The notes: a model not told the origin generated them from the sequence alone. A stretch of 62,944 bases of DNA, filler included, from 7 parts of 7 records of this genome joined end to end with filler, not necessarily neighbours in it; one strand, 5' to 3'; counted from the whole stretch's first letter, positions 50,297-59,836 are shown. Numbers and translations are program-made.

Positions 50297-50989
50297 ATGA
50301 GCTATAGGTACGAACTGCATGCCCACAGTTCAGAGGTCAGTCCCTGCGGATCTGTCAAAGCGGCCGATCTCAGCGCCCTCTACAAATCCAGAGGCTACCA
50401 GGGTCTGGTCATGACAGACCATTATCATGATGAGTTCTTTTCGTCTCTTGGAAACATCCCCTGGGAAAGGAAAGCGGATCGCTTTCTCGAAGGCTATAGG
50501 TCGGCCAGGGAGATCGCCTCTGCCCTTGACTTTGATGTGTTCCTGGGTTTTGAGATCCGATTCGCGGATAGCGGAAACGACTTTCTTGTTTTCGGCATCG
50601 ACGAGGATTTTATCTACAGATATCCGGAACTTTATAAGCATGATCTCAAGCGGCTGCATCAGACTGTCAAAAGCCACCCGGACACATTGATCATCCAGGC
50701 CCATCCCTTCCGGAAGGGATGCAGTCCCCGCGTCGACTCGGGTCTCTTGGACGGCATTGAAGTCTATAACGGCAATCCCAGGCATGACTCCCGTAACGAT
50801 CTGGCTGTTCAGCTGTCCGGGAATCATGATCTTATTGAAATATCAGGTTCGGATTTTCACCGCATTGAAGATCTTGGAAGAGGAGGTATTCGCCTGTCGA
50901 AAAGGATAAGAACAGCAAAAGAACTCGTTGATGCCCTGACGACTTCAAACTACGAAAGTCTTATATGTCAGGAGTCCCGGTGTCCCTAA
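50297..50989 (+). CDS. PHP-domain phosphoesterase
   Basis: ELHAHS, TDH, G.E, QAHPFR, IEVYN, GSDFH. Confidence 0.9.
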   Translation: MSYRYELHAHSSEVSPCGSVKAADLSALYKSRGYQGLVMTDHYHDEFFSSLGNIPWERKADRFLEGYRSAREIASALDFDVFLGFEIRFADSGNDFLVFGIDEDFIYRYPELYKHDLKRLHQTVKSHPDTLIIQAHPFRKGCSPRVDSGLLDGIEVYNGNPRHDSRNDLAVQLSGNHDLIEISGSDFHRIEDLGRGGIRLSKRIRTAKELVDALTTSNYESLICQESRCP

Positions 50990-51025
50990 TCAAGATACCG
51001 TCTGTAAAAAAAGGAGGATAAAGAA

Positions 51026-52864
51026 GTGTTCATGAATTCCACTACAGGTGGAGAGCTCTATGGGATAAACGGGCCGCGCCGCTGGTTTCACAGAGGACTC
51101 AATACCCTGAAGCAACCGAATAATCTGATCAGTATGATATCTATCGCCGTACTTGTGTATCTTATAGCCCTCCCCCTCTGGGAGATATTCACGACGACGT
51201 TCCAGATGCAGTATCGGGAAGCCGTGAAGACCGGCGGAACAGAAGGAGCCTTTACTCTGGCCTACTGGAAAGCGACGTTTGCTTCTCCCATAAGCCGGGC
51301 CATGTTCTATAAACCCCTGTTCAACTCCCTGAGCATTGGCCTCAGCGTCTCAGTATTCGCCATTCTCATCGGGGGAGTGCTGGCATGGCTTATCACCAGG
51401 ACAGATATTCCCTGTAAAAAGTTCCTTTCCTTCATCCTGGTCGTCGCCTATATGGTTCCCTCATGGTGCAAGGCACTGGCATGGCAGGTTATCTTCAAGA
51501 ACGACCGCATAGGCGGATACCCGGGAATGTTCCAGTCCGTTTTCGGGATCAGTCCCCCGAACTGGGTGTCCTATGGCTTCTTCCCCATCGTGGTCTCCCT
51601 GTCTCTCCACTATTTCGTGTTTTCCTTTCTGCTGATATCGGCGGCATTGCACTCCATCGGCGGAGACCTCGAGGAGATGGCGGAGATTACGGGAGCCAAG
51701 CGCTCTACCATACTCAGGAGGATAACATTCCCCCTGGTTCTCCCGGCGATTCTATCCTCATTCATTCTGACGTTCTCGAAATCACTCGGATCGTTCGGAG
51801 CGCCGGCCTTCCTGGGGCTCAAGGTGAACTACTACACCCTTTCCACTATGATCTATGCGAACATCCGGAACAGAATGACCACACAGGCGTTCACCCTGGG
51901 AATCGTGCTGATGCTCGTCGCAAGCCTGACGGTCTATCTCAACCAGAGAGCCATAGGCAAAAGGAAGAGCTTCACAACAATAGGCGGTAAGAGCACAAGA
52001 ACCAATCTCATTAAGCTTAAGAAATGGAAGCCTCTCATTACGGGGGCAGTCATCCTCTTCGTTCTGATAGGAGTCGTTCTCCCCTTGTTCACCCTTGTCA
52101 TCCAGAGCGTAATGCTCAAGCCGGGGTCCTACAGCCTGGACAACCTGACCCTCCACTTCTGGGCGGGAGACAGCGATCCGGCCATAGCGGAAGGGGAAGC
52201 GGGGATCTTTTACAATCCCAGAATCTGGGCGGCCCTTGTCAATACGCTGAAACTGGTCTTCATCGTTTCATTCCTGGCAACGATGGTAGGGCTGATCCTG
52301 GGCTATCTGGTCGCCCGGGGCAGGAAGACGCTCTCGGGACGGTTTATCGAGCAAATATCCTTTACCCCCATGCTTATTCCGGCCATTGCCCTGAGTACGA
52401 TATACCTTTCCATGTTCTCAAAACCGCAGCTTTTCATCCCCGTTCTGTACGGAACGTTCGCCCTGCTGGTCCTCATCAGCGTTGTTAAATATCTGCCCTT
52501 CGCGGTGAGATCCGGAACAAGCAGCATACTGCAGATCAGCAACGAGCTAGAGGAAGCGGCCAAGATAGAGGGAAGCTCCTGGCTTCGTTCGTTCTCAAAG
52601 ATAATCCTGCCCCTGTCCAAGGGCAGCGTCTTCAGCGCTTTCCTTCTGATTTTCATCAGCGGTATGAAAGAGCTTGCCCTGATCATGCTTCTTGTAACGC
52701 CGAAGACGGCCACCCTGACGACCCTGACCTATGCGTATACGGAGTCAGGATTCGAACAGTTTTCCAATGCCATCACCACATTGATCATTTTCATCATCAT
52801 TTCAGTTAATTTCATTGCCCGGAAGGTGGGCAAGGTGGATATCTCAAAAGGAATCGGAGGTTGA
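51026..52864 (+). CDS. FbpB/AfuB-type ABC permease (two fused permease modules)
   Basis: RTDIP, two EAA loops (LEEMAEITGA; LEEAAKIEGS), about 12 TM. Confidence 0.9.
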   Translation: MFMNSTTGGELYGINGPRRWFHRGLNTLKQPNNLISMISIAVLVYLIALPLWEIFTTTFQMQYREAVKTGGTEGAFTLAYWKATFASPISRAMFYKPLFNSLSIGLSVSVFAILIGGVLAWLITRTDIPCKKFLSFILVVAYMVPSWCKALAWQVIFKNDRIGGYPGMFQSVFGISPPNWVSYGFFPIVVSLSLHYFVFSFLLISAALHSIGGDLEEMAEITGAKRSTILRRITFPLVLPAILSSFILTFSKSLGSFGAPAFLGLKVNYYTLSTMIYANIRNRMTTQAFTLGIVLMLVASLTVYLNQRAIGKRKSFTTIGGKSTRTNLIKLKKWKPLITGAVILFVLIGVVLPLFTLVIQSVMLKPGSYSLDNLTLHFWAGDSDPAIAEGEAGIFYNPRIWAALVNTLKLVFIVSFLATMVGLILGYLVARGRKTLSGRFIEQISFTPMLIPAIALSTIYLSMFSKPQLFIPVLYGTFALLVLISVVKYLPFAVRSGTSSILQISNELEEAAKIEGSSWLRSFSKIILPLSKGSVFSAFLLIFISGMKELALIMLLVTPKTATLTTLTYAYTESGFEQFSNAITTLIIFIIISVNFIARKVGKVDISKGIGG

Positions 52865-52865
52865 T

Positions 52866-53990
52866 ATGAGCCGTATCGAATTATGCAAAGTCAATAAATA
52901 CTATGACAAAGTCCATGTTCTGAAGGACGTGGACCTGACGATTGAGGAAGGAGAGTTCATGACGCTCCTCGGCCCCTCGGGCTGTGGAAAGACGACAACC
53001 CTCAGGGTGATCTCCGGTCTGGAAAATCCTCAGTACGGCACTGTCGTGATTGATGGCTCATCCGTTGCCGAACCGGAAGCGGGCCTCTTCGTTCCCCCCT
53101 CCAAACGGAATCTGAACCTGGTCTTTCAAAGCTATGCCCTCTGGCCGCATATGACTGTTTTCGACAATGTTGCCTTCGGCCTCACCGTCAGGAAAACACC
53201 GAAGGATGAGATCAGGGGCATGGTCTTGAAGGCGCTGGAAACAATGCAGATAGAAGCGTATGCGGAACGCTACCCCTCTGAGCTGTCCGGAGGGCAGCAG
53301 CAGCGGGTGGCTATCGCCCGCGCCATTGTGTCCCAACCCAGGATCCTGTTGCTTGACGAGCCTCTTTCAAACCTGGACGCTAAACTCCGTGTGGAAATGA
53401 GGGCCGAACTGAAGCGTCTGCACAAAGAACTGAAAACAACCATAGTCTATGTCACGCATGACCAGGTGGAAGCTCTTACCATGTCCTCCAAGATCGCCGT
53501 CTACTTCGATGGAGTCCTCAGCCAGTGCGCCCCCCCGGATGAAGTGTATAGCAACCCTGCAAACCTCCAGGTGGCCGAGTTCATTGGGAATCCGAAAATC
53601 AACTTTATAGAAAGCCAGGTGTCCGATGCGGCAGACCTCTCTTTCAACCTGAATTGCAGCTTCGGAGAAGTGAAGCTCAGCTCGGTGGAAAACAGATTGG
53701 TGGACAGCCATGTCCCACCCGGAGAGAGGGTGACTCTGGCGGTCCGCCCGGAACATATACATGTGTCAAAGATGGAGCTGAAGGGGGGCTTCGGCGCTAC
53801 GATCTCTTCCATACTCCCTGCCGGTTCGGAAACCCTTCTGGAGGTGGAGCTGGGAGGGCATACTCTAATGGCCAAAGAGATCGGCCAGCAGAGGTATGAG
53901 GTCGGAGACAGTATCTGGATTCGCTTCGAAGAGGAAAAGATGAACCTCTTTGACCAGGAGAGCGGGGAAATACGGATCCTCGCCGTTTAA
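52866..53990 (+). CDS. ABC ATP-binding protein (FbpC/AfuC/PotA type)
   Basis: GPSGCGKT, FQSYALWPH, LSGGQQQR, LDEPLSNLD, YVTHDQ, TOBE tail; ATG 52866. Confidence 0.93.
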   Translation: MSRIELCKVNKYYDKVHVLKDVDLTIEEGEFMTLLGPSGCGKTTTLRVISGLENPQYGTVVIDGSSVAEPEAGLFVPPSKRNLNLVFQSYALWPHMTVFDNVAFGLTVRKTPKDEIRGMVLKALETMQIEAYAERYPSELSGGQQQRVAIARAIVSQPRILLLDEPLSNLDAKLRVEMRAELKRLHKELKTTIVYVTHDQVEALTMSSKIAVYFDGVLSQCAPPDEVYSNPANLQVAEFIGNPKINFIESQVSDAADLSFNLNCSFGEVKLSSVENRLVDSHVPPGERVTLAVRPEHIHVSKMELKGGFGATISSILPAGSETLLEVELGGHTLMAKEIGQQRYEVGDSIWIRFEEEKMNLFDQESGEIRILAV

Positions 53991-54055
53991 TTTGGGCAAT
54001 CGGACCGGGCCGTCTGGCTCGGCCCGATAAAATAATCACTCGAAAGGAGAATGTT

Positions 54056-55213
54056 ATGAAGGGTAAAGGATTTTGGTTTTTTCTACTGTGCGCCTTATTT
54101 GCAGTCAACGGGCTGAGCGCCAACGGCCAGGCTGAAGCCGGGGGAAAGACGGAAGCCAGCTGGGCGGATGAAGTGCAGATTCATCAGGAACTCTCTGAGG
54201 ATGAGCTGTACGAACTAGCGAAGGCTGAGGGAAAGGTTGTTATCTACTCCATGTCCAGCCGTGTGAAAAAGGATGTTTTCGAGGCCCGGTACCCCGGTGT
54301 TGAGCTGGAGGTATACGATATGCGCGAAGCGGAAATCCTGGAAAAATTCCAGAGGGAACATGAGGCCGGAATCAGGAACGCCGACGTCATTTTCGTTAAA
54401 GACGCTCTCGGCGCCGTGCAGATCGAGTTCGTAGACAGGGGGCTTCTCCACCAGTATCTCCCTTCCGATATGATGTCTACGGCCCCCGAAGAATTCCAGA
54501 GCGGCTCCTACAGCCCCTATTTCGAGATGAAGCAGATCTTCTACAATACGGAGATACACAGCTCCTCGCCCGTGGACAACTGGTGGGATCTGACCCGCCC
54601 TGAGTATTCCGGAAAAATCATGATGAGGAATCCCCTGGACACAGCTACCAATATGAATCTTTTCCTGACCATGGTCCGGTATCACGAGGAGATGGAGAAG
54701 GCCTATGAGGTCGAATTCGGTGAAAAGCTGGTCCTGAACGGTACGGAAAACGCAGGATACGAGTTTATCAAGCGCCTTGTGGAGAACGACCTGGTTCTGA
54801 CGACTTCCGACGGCGATATCATTGATGCCATCGGAGCTCCCGGCCAGACCAATCCTCCTATCGGCCTTGTGACCTCAAGCAAGATGCGCAAGGCCGATGA
54901 CGATATGCTCATCGGCGTAGCCGAGTCCATGATCCCGAGAATGGGTAACCTGGATCCGGCCTTCCTTTTCATAGCAGACAAAAGCGAGCATCCCCATGCC
55001 GCCAAACTGCTGGTTCGCTGGATAGGCGGAGAAGCCGATGGGAAGGGAAAGGGCTTTGCCCCCTTCCATGTCAGAGGGTCATGGCCCACGAGAGCCGATG
55101 TCGCGCCCATAGAAACCCAGGCTCTGGAGACTCTTAACGTATGGGAGAGGGATCCAATGTATTCCTACCAGAATCTGGATACCATCCGAAACTACTGGCT
55201 GTCTCTGCAGTAA
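54056..55213 (+). CDS. ABC substrate-binding protein (FbpA/AfuA-like)
   Basis: Spirochaete-style signal (ANGQAE), LYELAKAEGKVVIYS, ADV, NWWDLT.PEY.GKI, HPHAAKL. Confidence 0.85.
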   Translation: MKGKGFWFFLLCALFAVNGLSANGQAEAGGKTEASWADEVQIHQELSEDELYELAKAEGKVVIYSMSSRVKKDVFEARYPGVELEVYDMREAEILEKFQREHEAGIRNADVIFVKDALGAVQIEFVDRGLLHQYLPSDMMSTAPEEFQSGSYSPYFEMKQIFYNTEIHSSSPVDNWWDLTRPEYSGKIMMRNPLDTATNMNLFLTMVRYHEEMEKAYEVEFGEKLVLNGTENAGYEFIKRLVENDLVLTTSDGDIIDAIGAPGQTNPPIGLVTSSKMRKADDDMLIGVAESMIPRMGNLDPAFLFIADKSEHPHAAKLLVRWIGGEADGKGKGFAPFHVRGSWPTRADVAPIETQALETLNVWERDPMYSYQNLDTIRNYWLSLQ

Positions 55214-55223
55214 TACCTGAACA

Positions 55224-55263
55224 CTGCGGAAGCCTTCCGAACACAGGCGCTGGGCTTCCGCAG
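55224..55263 (+). terminator. Stem-loop after the binding-protein gene (terminator or mRNA stabiliser)
   Basis: Perfect 11-bp IR CTGCGGAAGCC / GGCTTCCGCAG; no clear U tract. Confidence 0.45.
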
Positions 55264-55310
55264 GATTCATAAGAAAAGTAAAAATGAAGACTTAGCATAG
55301 AGGGTAAAAC

Positions 55311-56174
55311 ATGAACAGTATCGGAGCGTCTCTTCCCTGGGATTATTTGAGCGGGAAGGGGGTAACAGGTGAAGCTGAAATGACAAAGGCGGTTCTCGGC
55401 GAAGCGGAGGAGGGCTTAGCCTTTCTGAAGCAGATCGGGGTCAGCAGCATAGAACTGAGGCACCTCCATCATTCGTTAGGAAAAGAGGATATGAAAAAAG
55501 CCTTCGGCGCTCTGGGAAAGGCCGGCGTCACAATAACCATACACAGCGAAGATCCTCCCGACTCGGAAAACTGGTCCATACCTGATCTCTTCCCCTGGTT
55601 CAACATCCTTGAGAACGATCATCTTATTGAGCAGAAGGATGTTGTCATAGCCTTGCATCCCCTTACCAAAAAGGATGAGGGCACAGTGGAGGAGATGCGC
55701 GAGGGGACAATAAAGATGATCAGCAAGCTCATGAGGAAGCGGGCGGACTGGCATCACAACTACCATTTTGCCCTGGAGAATCAGAGAGAGAAAGGGCTGA
55801 TAGATCCCTGTACGTCATTCGATACGGTTCTTGCCGTATGGCAGGCCGTGGGGCAGCCTGATTTGGGAGTATGCTGGGACTTTGGCCATGGCTTCGCCAA
55901 CCACCTCAAAAACGGGCATCCTCTGATTCCCTCTGACGACTTTCTGAAGCTCACGACACATACTCATATCCATGATCTCGGTCCGGAGGGACAAACACAC
56001 TGGCCCTTTATGACTGACCAAGTCCCCCTTGACCGCTTCATCGGGCTGCTGCAGGATTACGGCTATCAAGGAACATTCAATCTTGAACTGAGCTTCGATA
56101 GGTACGCAGGCATGGACAATATTAAAGAGCTTCTTGAGCGGAGTGTCACTCGGATTATGAGGTTAATGGACTAG
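55311..56174 (+). CDS. Sugar phosphate isomerase/epimerase (xylose-isomerase-like TIM barrel)
   Basis: IEL, ALEN, CWDFGH, HTHIHD, H.P and LE metal-ligand pattern. Confidence 0.8.
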   Translation: MNSIGASLPWDYLSGKGVTGEAEMTKAVLGEAEEGLAFLKQIGVSSIELRHLHHSLGKEDMKKAFGALGKAGVTITIHSEDPPDSENWSIPDLFPWFNILENDHLIEQKDVVIALHPLTKKDEGTVEEMREGTIKMISKLMRKRADWHHNYHFALENQREKGLIDPCTSFDTVLAVWQAVGQPDLGVCWDFGHGFANHLKNGHPLIPSDDFLKLTTHTHIHDLGPEGQTHWPFMTDQVPLDRFIGLLQDYGYQGTFNLELSFDRYAGMDNIKELLERSVTRIMRLMD

Positions 56175-56224
56175 ACGGAACCTGAAATAGGCAATGGATA
56201 AGATATACAAAACAGGATCATGCC

Positions 56225-56353
56225 TTGTCCTTACAGAAGGCGAGGATGGAGCGGAACGTGCTCCCCGCACCAGAGTACCCGGGGCCCAAGGGCGAGCCAC
56301 AAGCGCTGCTTGTGACCAGCCGACCTGAGCCTGATAACGCCGAATAAGGACAA
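56225..56353. repeat. Inverted-repeat-bounded non-coding element at the contig end (REP/MITE-like)
   Basis: TTGTCCTTA (56225-56233) / TAAGGACAA (56345-56353) enclose a GC-rich non-coding segment; the contig ends 3 nt later. Confidence 0.4.
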
Positions 56354-56356
56354 AAG

Positions 56357-56456
56357 NNNNNNNNNNNNNNNNNNNNNNNNNNNNNNNNNNNNNNNNNNNN
56401 TTAATTAATTAANNNNNNNNNNNNNNNNNNNNNNNNNNNNNNNNNNNNNNNNNNNN
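56357..56456. other. Artificial contig spacer
   Basis: 44 N + TTAATTAATTAA + 44 N. Confidence 0.98.
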
Positions 56457-56612
56457 AAAAACCGGGTCGGCATAAGCATTTTTATGATCTAAAACTTCTC
56501 CATCGCTTCCCAGCTCCAAAAAAGCCTTTATCGATGCATCAAAATCAAGATTTAGTAAAACTTTCCCCAAATCAAAAATGATGTTTTTTACATCCGTAAG
56601 GTCTACCTTCAT
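56457..56612 (-). CDS. HAD-family phosphatase, N-terminal part (3' truncated)
   Basis: MKVDLTDVKNIIFDLGKVLLNLD (motif I). Confidence 0.8.
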
Positions 56613-56730
56613 TTTTATTATTTTAGTCCACGAAATTAACCATTTCAGGCAGAATGATTTTAAATTCACGTTAAACTTAAAAATTAACAAAAGAAGAAAC
56701 AGAAACATTCGGTTTCCTTTCAGGTTCATC

Positions 56731-57840
56731 ATGAAAATTCAAAACAAACATTACCATACCATTTGGGTAAATTCAAACAACAATAAAATTATTGAAGTTA
56801 TTGACCAGCGAAAACTACCATTTCATTTTGAGATCTTCAAAATACAAACTGCTGATGATGCCTTTTTTGCCATAAAAGAAATGGTTGTTAGAGGTGCTCC
56901 GCTAATTGGAGTAACCGCTGCATATGGCATGTACCTTGCACTGGTTAACATCAATAAAAATAATATCGAAGAAGAGTTAAAGGAAAAAGCTTGTTTTATA
57001 AAATCGTCGCGCCCAACAGCTGTAAATCTGGCTTTTGCTGTTGATGAGATGTTCCATTTTATACGAAAACATAAATCAGACCCAAACCTGGAAACGAAAG
57101 CTTTACAAAAGGCAGATGAAATAAAACAGGATGAAATAGACTTCGGCAATAAGATTGGTAATTTTGGAGTAAAACTAATCGAAGATATTTATCGAAGAAA
57201 AGGAGAAACGGTTAATATTCTTACCCATTGCAATGCCGGCTGGCTGGCCTGTATCGACTGGGGAACAGCAACTGCTCCTATTTATAAGGCACACCTTAAA
57301 GGTGTTCCCGTTCATGTTTGGGTAGACGAAACCCGACCTCGCAATCAGGGAGCCCGGCTTACAGCATACGAATTGGGTGAAGAAGGTGTGCCACATACTG
57401 TAATCCCGGACAATACAGGGGGACACTTGATGCAACACGGAATGGTTGATCTTATTATTGTAGGCAGCGATAGAACCACAATTACCGGCGATGTGGCAAA
57501 TAAAATTGGAACTTATTTAAAAGCTCTTGCGGCATATGACAACAATGTTCCTTTTTATGCTGCTCTCCCCTCATCAACAATCGATTGGAAGATGCATGAT
57601 GGACTAAAAGAGATTCCAATAGAGCTACGCGATGCTAGAGAAGTTGCAGAAATTGAAGGTTGGAACAACGAAAGCATACAAAATGTACGATTGATCCCGG
57701 GAAATTCTCCTGTTGTCAATTATGGTTTTGATGTAACCCCCGCCCGACTTGTTACCGGATTAATTACTGAACGAGGATTATGCCGGGCAAACAAAAATGA
57801 CATATTAAAATTATTCCCAGAAAAAAAGAAAACAGAATAA
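56731..57840 (+). CDS. mtnA: S-methyl-5-thioribose-1-phosphate isomerase
   Basis: IDQRKLP, MVVRGAP, RPTAVNL, THCNAG, ETRP..QG, NKIGTY, FDVTP; ATG 56731. Confidence 0.95.
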   Translation: MKIQNKHYHTIWVNSNNNKIIEVIDQRKLPFHFEIFKIQTADDAFFAIKEMVVRGAPLIGVTAAYGMYLALVNINKNNIEEELKEKACFIKSSRPTAVNLAFAVDEMFHFIRKHKSDPNLETKALQKADEIKQDEIDFGNKIGNFGVKLIEDIYRRKGETVNILTHCNAGWLACIDWGTATAPIYKAHLKGVPVHVWVDETRPRNQGARLTAYELGEEGVPHTVIPDNTGGHLMQHGMVDLIIVGSDRTTITGDVANKIGTYLKALAAYDNNVPFYAALPSSTIDWKMHDGLKEIPIELRDAREVAEIEGWNNESIQNVRLIPGNSPVVNYGFDVTPARLVTGLITERGLCRANKNDILKLFPEKKKTE

Positions 57841-57842
57841 CT

Positions 57843-58592
57843 ATGGTAAAAATTGCAATTATTGGTGGATCAGGACTGGAAGATCCAGGTATACTTAATA
57901 ATCCGGAAGAAATAAAAGTAGAGACTCCTTATGGAGATCCTTCATCATCTTTTAAATGTGGTAAGATTGGTGGAGTTGATGTTGCCATTCTTTCCAGGCA
58001 TGGTCGCGACCACTCCATACCGCCTACACAGGTAAATAACCGTGCTAACATCTGGGCCATCAAAGAATTGGGGTGTACTCACATTTTGGTTACTACTGCT
58101 TGCGGAAGTCTTCGGCAGGAAATAGGTAGAGGAGAATTGGTAATACCAAGCCAGTTTATTGATTTTACACGCTTTAGAACAATTACTTTTTTCGATAAAT
58201 TTGAAAAGGGCACATTAAATCATGCTCCAATGTCGGATCCGTTTAACTGGAACCTGCGACAACGAATAATTGAAAACGCAAGAGATCTTAACCTCAGGTT
58301 TCATAAAACCGGAACTATTGTAACCATAGAAGGGCCACGTTTTTCAACCCGTGCCGAATCAAACATGTTCAGACAGTGGGGTGCTGATATTATAAATATG
58401 TCGACTGCCCCCGAATGTATTCTTGCGAATGAACTTGGAATACCTTACGCAGCCATTGCTTTGAGCACCGATTACGACTGCTGGAAGATCGATGAAGAAC
58501 CTGTAACCTGGGAAGCTGTTTTAGAAGTTTTCAACCAGAATGTTAAGAATGTAATTACTTTACTTGTTAAAATAATTTCATCTTACGCATAA
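57843..58592 (+). CDS. mtnP: S-methyl-5'-thioadenosine phosphorylase
   Basis: IIGGSG, RHG..H, ACGSL, EGPRFSTRAES, INM, TDYDCW. Confidence 0.93.
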   Translation: MVKIAIIGGSGLEDPGILNNPEEIKVETPYGDPSSSFKCGKIGGVDVAILSRHGRDHSIPPTQVNNRANIWAIKELGCTHILVTTACGSLRQEIGRGELVIPSQFIDFTRFRTITFFDKFEKGTLNHAPMSDPFNWNLRQRIIENARDLNLRFHKTGTIVTIEGPRFSTRAESNMFRQWGADIINMSTAPECILANELGIPYAAIALSTDYDCWKIDEEPVTWEAVLEVFNQNVKNVITLLVKIISSYA

Positions 58593-58624
58593 AATATTGC
58601 TTTCTGATAGGAAATTGAGATTTT

Positions 58625-58639
58625 TGGCATAGCATTTGT
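58625..58639 (+). promoter_or_regulatory. Putative sigma54-like promoter
   Basis: TGGCAT-agcat-TTGT has correct -24/-12 spacing, but the -12 GC is replaced by GT. Confidence 0.45.
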
Positions 58640-58649
58640 TTAACGATAA

Positions 58650-58773
58650 ACAACTGCTTTAAAGCCATGAAACGCAGTTTTAGTACCGTTCAGTTAGCAC
58701 TATATAATTCAGCCAACCTGCTTTGTTTGGCTATTCAGTTTCCAGCGGCGTCTCTACCAGGTGCCGCTTTTTT
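58650..58773 (+). ncRNA. Candidate small RNA (about 125 nt)
   Basis: Lies between the sigma54-like promoter and an intrinsic terminator (AGCGGCG...TGCCGCT + T run, 58744-58773); two further hairpins at 58652-58679 and 58711-58732. Confidence 0.4.
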
Positions 58774-59090
58774 ATGTCCTACATTAGCTTGCTTTTATCA
58801 GAATACGTTTTTACAGTTCAGTAACTGTAAATAAATACAGATAGTTTTGAATTTAACTTACAATTTTGGCTGCATACAACTGTTCGTTTTAACACAAAAA
58901 CAATGAATTCTGAGATTTTTTCGAAAGCCAATAAAAAACGAATCTGGGCAACGACTCGTTCAATTCTCGAACTCGATAATTTAAAGCACAAAAAGAACGG
59001 AAAAAGAAGTCATAGTCATTGGGGTACTTTTGAAAAGTTACTGAGTTTTGTAACTTTCTTTTTGAAAATTACAGGATTTAGCAAGGCAGG

Positions 59091-59126
59091 AAAAAGAAAA
59101 TGGCGCAGGTTATTCCTCCTGCGCCA
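59091..59126 (-). terminator. Intrinsic terminator of the dodecin gene
   Basis: TGGCGCAGG / CCTGCGCCA 9-bp stem followed on the minus strand by TTTTCTTTTT. Confidence 0.75.
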
Positions 59127-59133
59127 CACTCCC

Positions 59134-59343
59134 TTAACCCTCGTACTTAAACGATACTTTAAGTTTAACACGGTAACATTCGATCTTCCCATCGTTTAAA
59201 TGCATGTCCATCTGACAAACCTCAGCAATTCGTAAATCGCGTAACGATTTTGATGCTTTAACAATGGCATTTTCTGCTGCTTTTTCCCACGACTCGGGAC
59301 TACTTCCAACCAATTCAATGATTTTATAAACACTATTAGGCAT
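59134..59343 (-). CDS. Dodecin family protein
   Basis: VYKIIELVGSS.ESWE.A..NA...ASKSLR...YRVKLKVSF. Confidence 0.92.
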   Translation of the reverse strand: MPNSVYKIIELVGSSPESWEKAAENAIVKASKSLRDLRIAEVCQMDMHLNDGKIECYRVKLKVSFKYEG

Positions 59344-59455
59344 GGCTTGCTATTTTTGGTGAATATTAAGATAATAGTGTTTCTTTTTACGTACTTTGTA
59401 CCAAATTGTTATAAAAGGGAAATTATGTTGATTGAGAGCTGGTGTTAAAAAAAAT

Positions 59456-59836
59456 CTAACCTACTTCCTTAGATTGCAAAATAAACCGGCCAATAACAAC
59501 GATTGCCAACAATACTATCAATACAACGTTGGTTATTAAATCTGCTTTCTCGCCACGTTTCTTATGCAGTACTATGGCCAAGCCCATAATTACTACAAGC
59601 CCAATAGCTGCTAATGGAATTAATACCTCTGCAATATCATAAACTCCCGGAAGAAATAATCCAAGCCCTCCCAATACTTCAAACGCTCCTATAATTTTTA
59701 ACTGTACTTGCGAAAAGTCATCAATCCATTCAAATGCACTTTCCAGTTTCTCTTTAGGTAAAACAAGTTTTAACGAACCGGTAGTAAGAAAGATTGCGGC
59801 TAAAATTATTTGTATTATCCAAAGTGCAACATTCAT
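59456..59836 (-). CDS. DoxX-like membrane protein
   Basis: LWIIQIILAAIFL..G..K, IG..EVLGGLGL.LP, M..AI..H; start at ATG 59836. Confidence 0.85.
   Translation of the reverse strand: MNVALWIIQIILAAIFLTTGSLKLVLPKEKLESAFEWIDDFSQVQLKIIGAFEVLGGLGLFLPGVYDIAEVLIPLAAIGLVVIMGLAIVLHKKRGEKADLITNVVLIVLLAIVVIGRFILQSKEVG

Noticed and set aside
58667-58834. 55-aa ORF within the candidate sRNA
   Set aside because: It reads through a strong intrinsic terminator and has no recognisable features; a non-coding interpretation is preferred, though a peptide cannot be excluded.
58903-59199. 98-aa basic plus-strand ORF before dodecin
   Set aside because: It runs through the dodecin terminator and overlaps dodecin antisense, with no family motif; not supportable without homologues.
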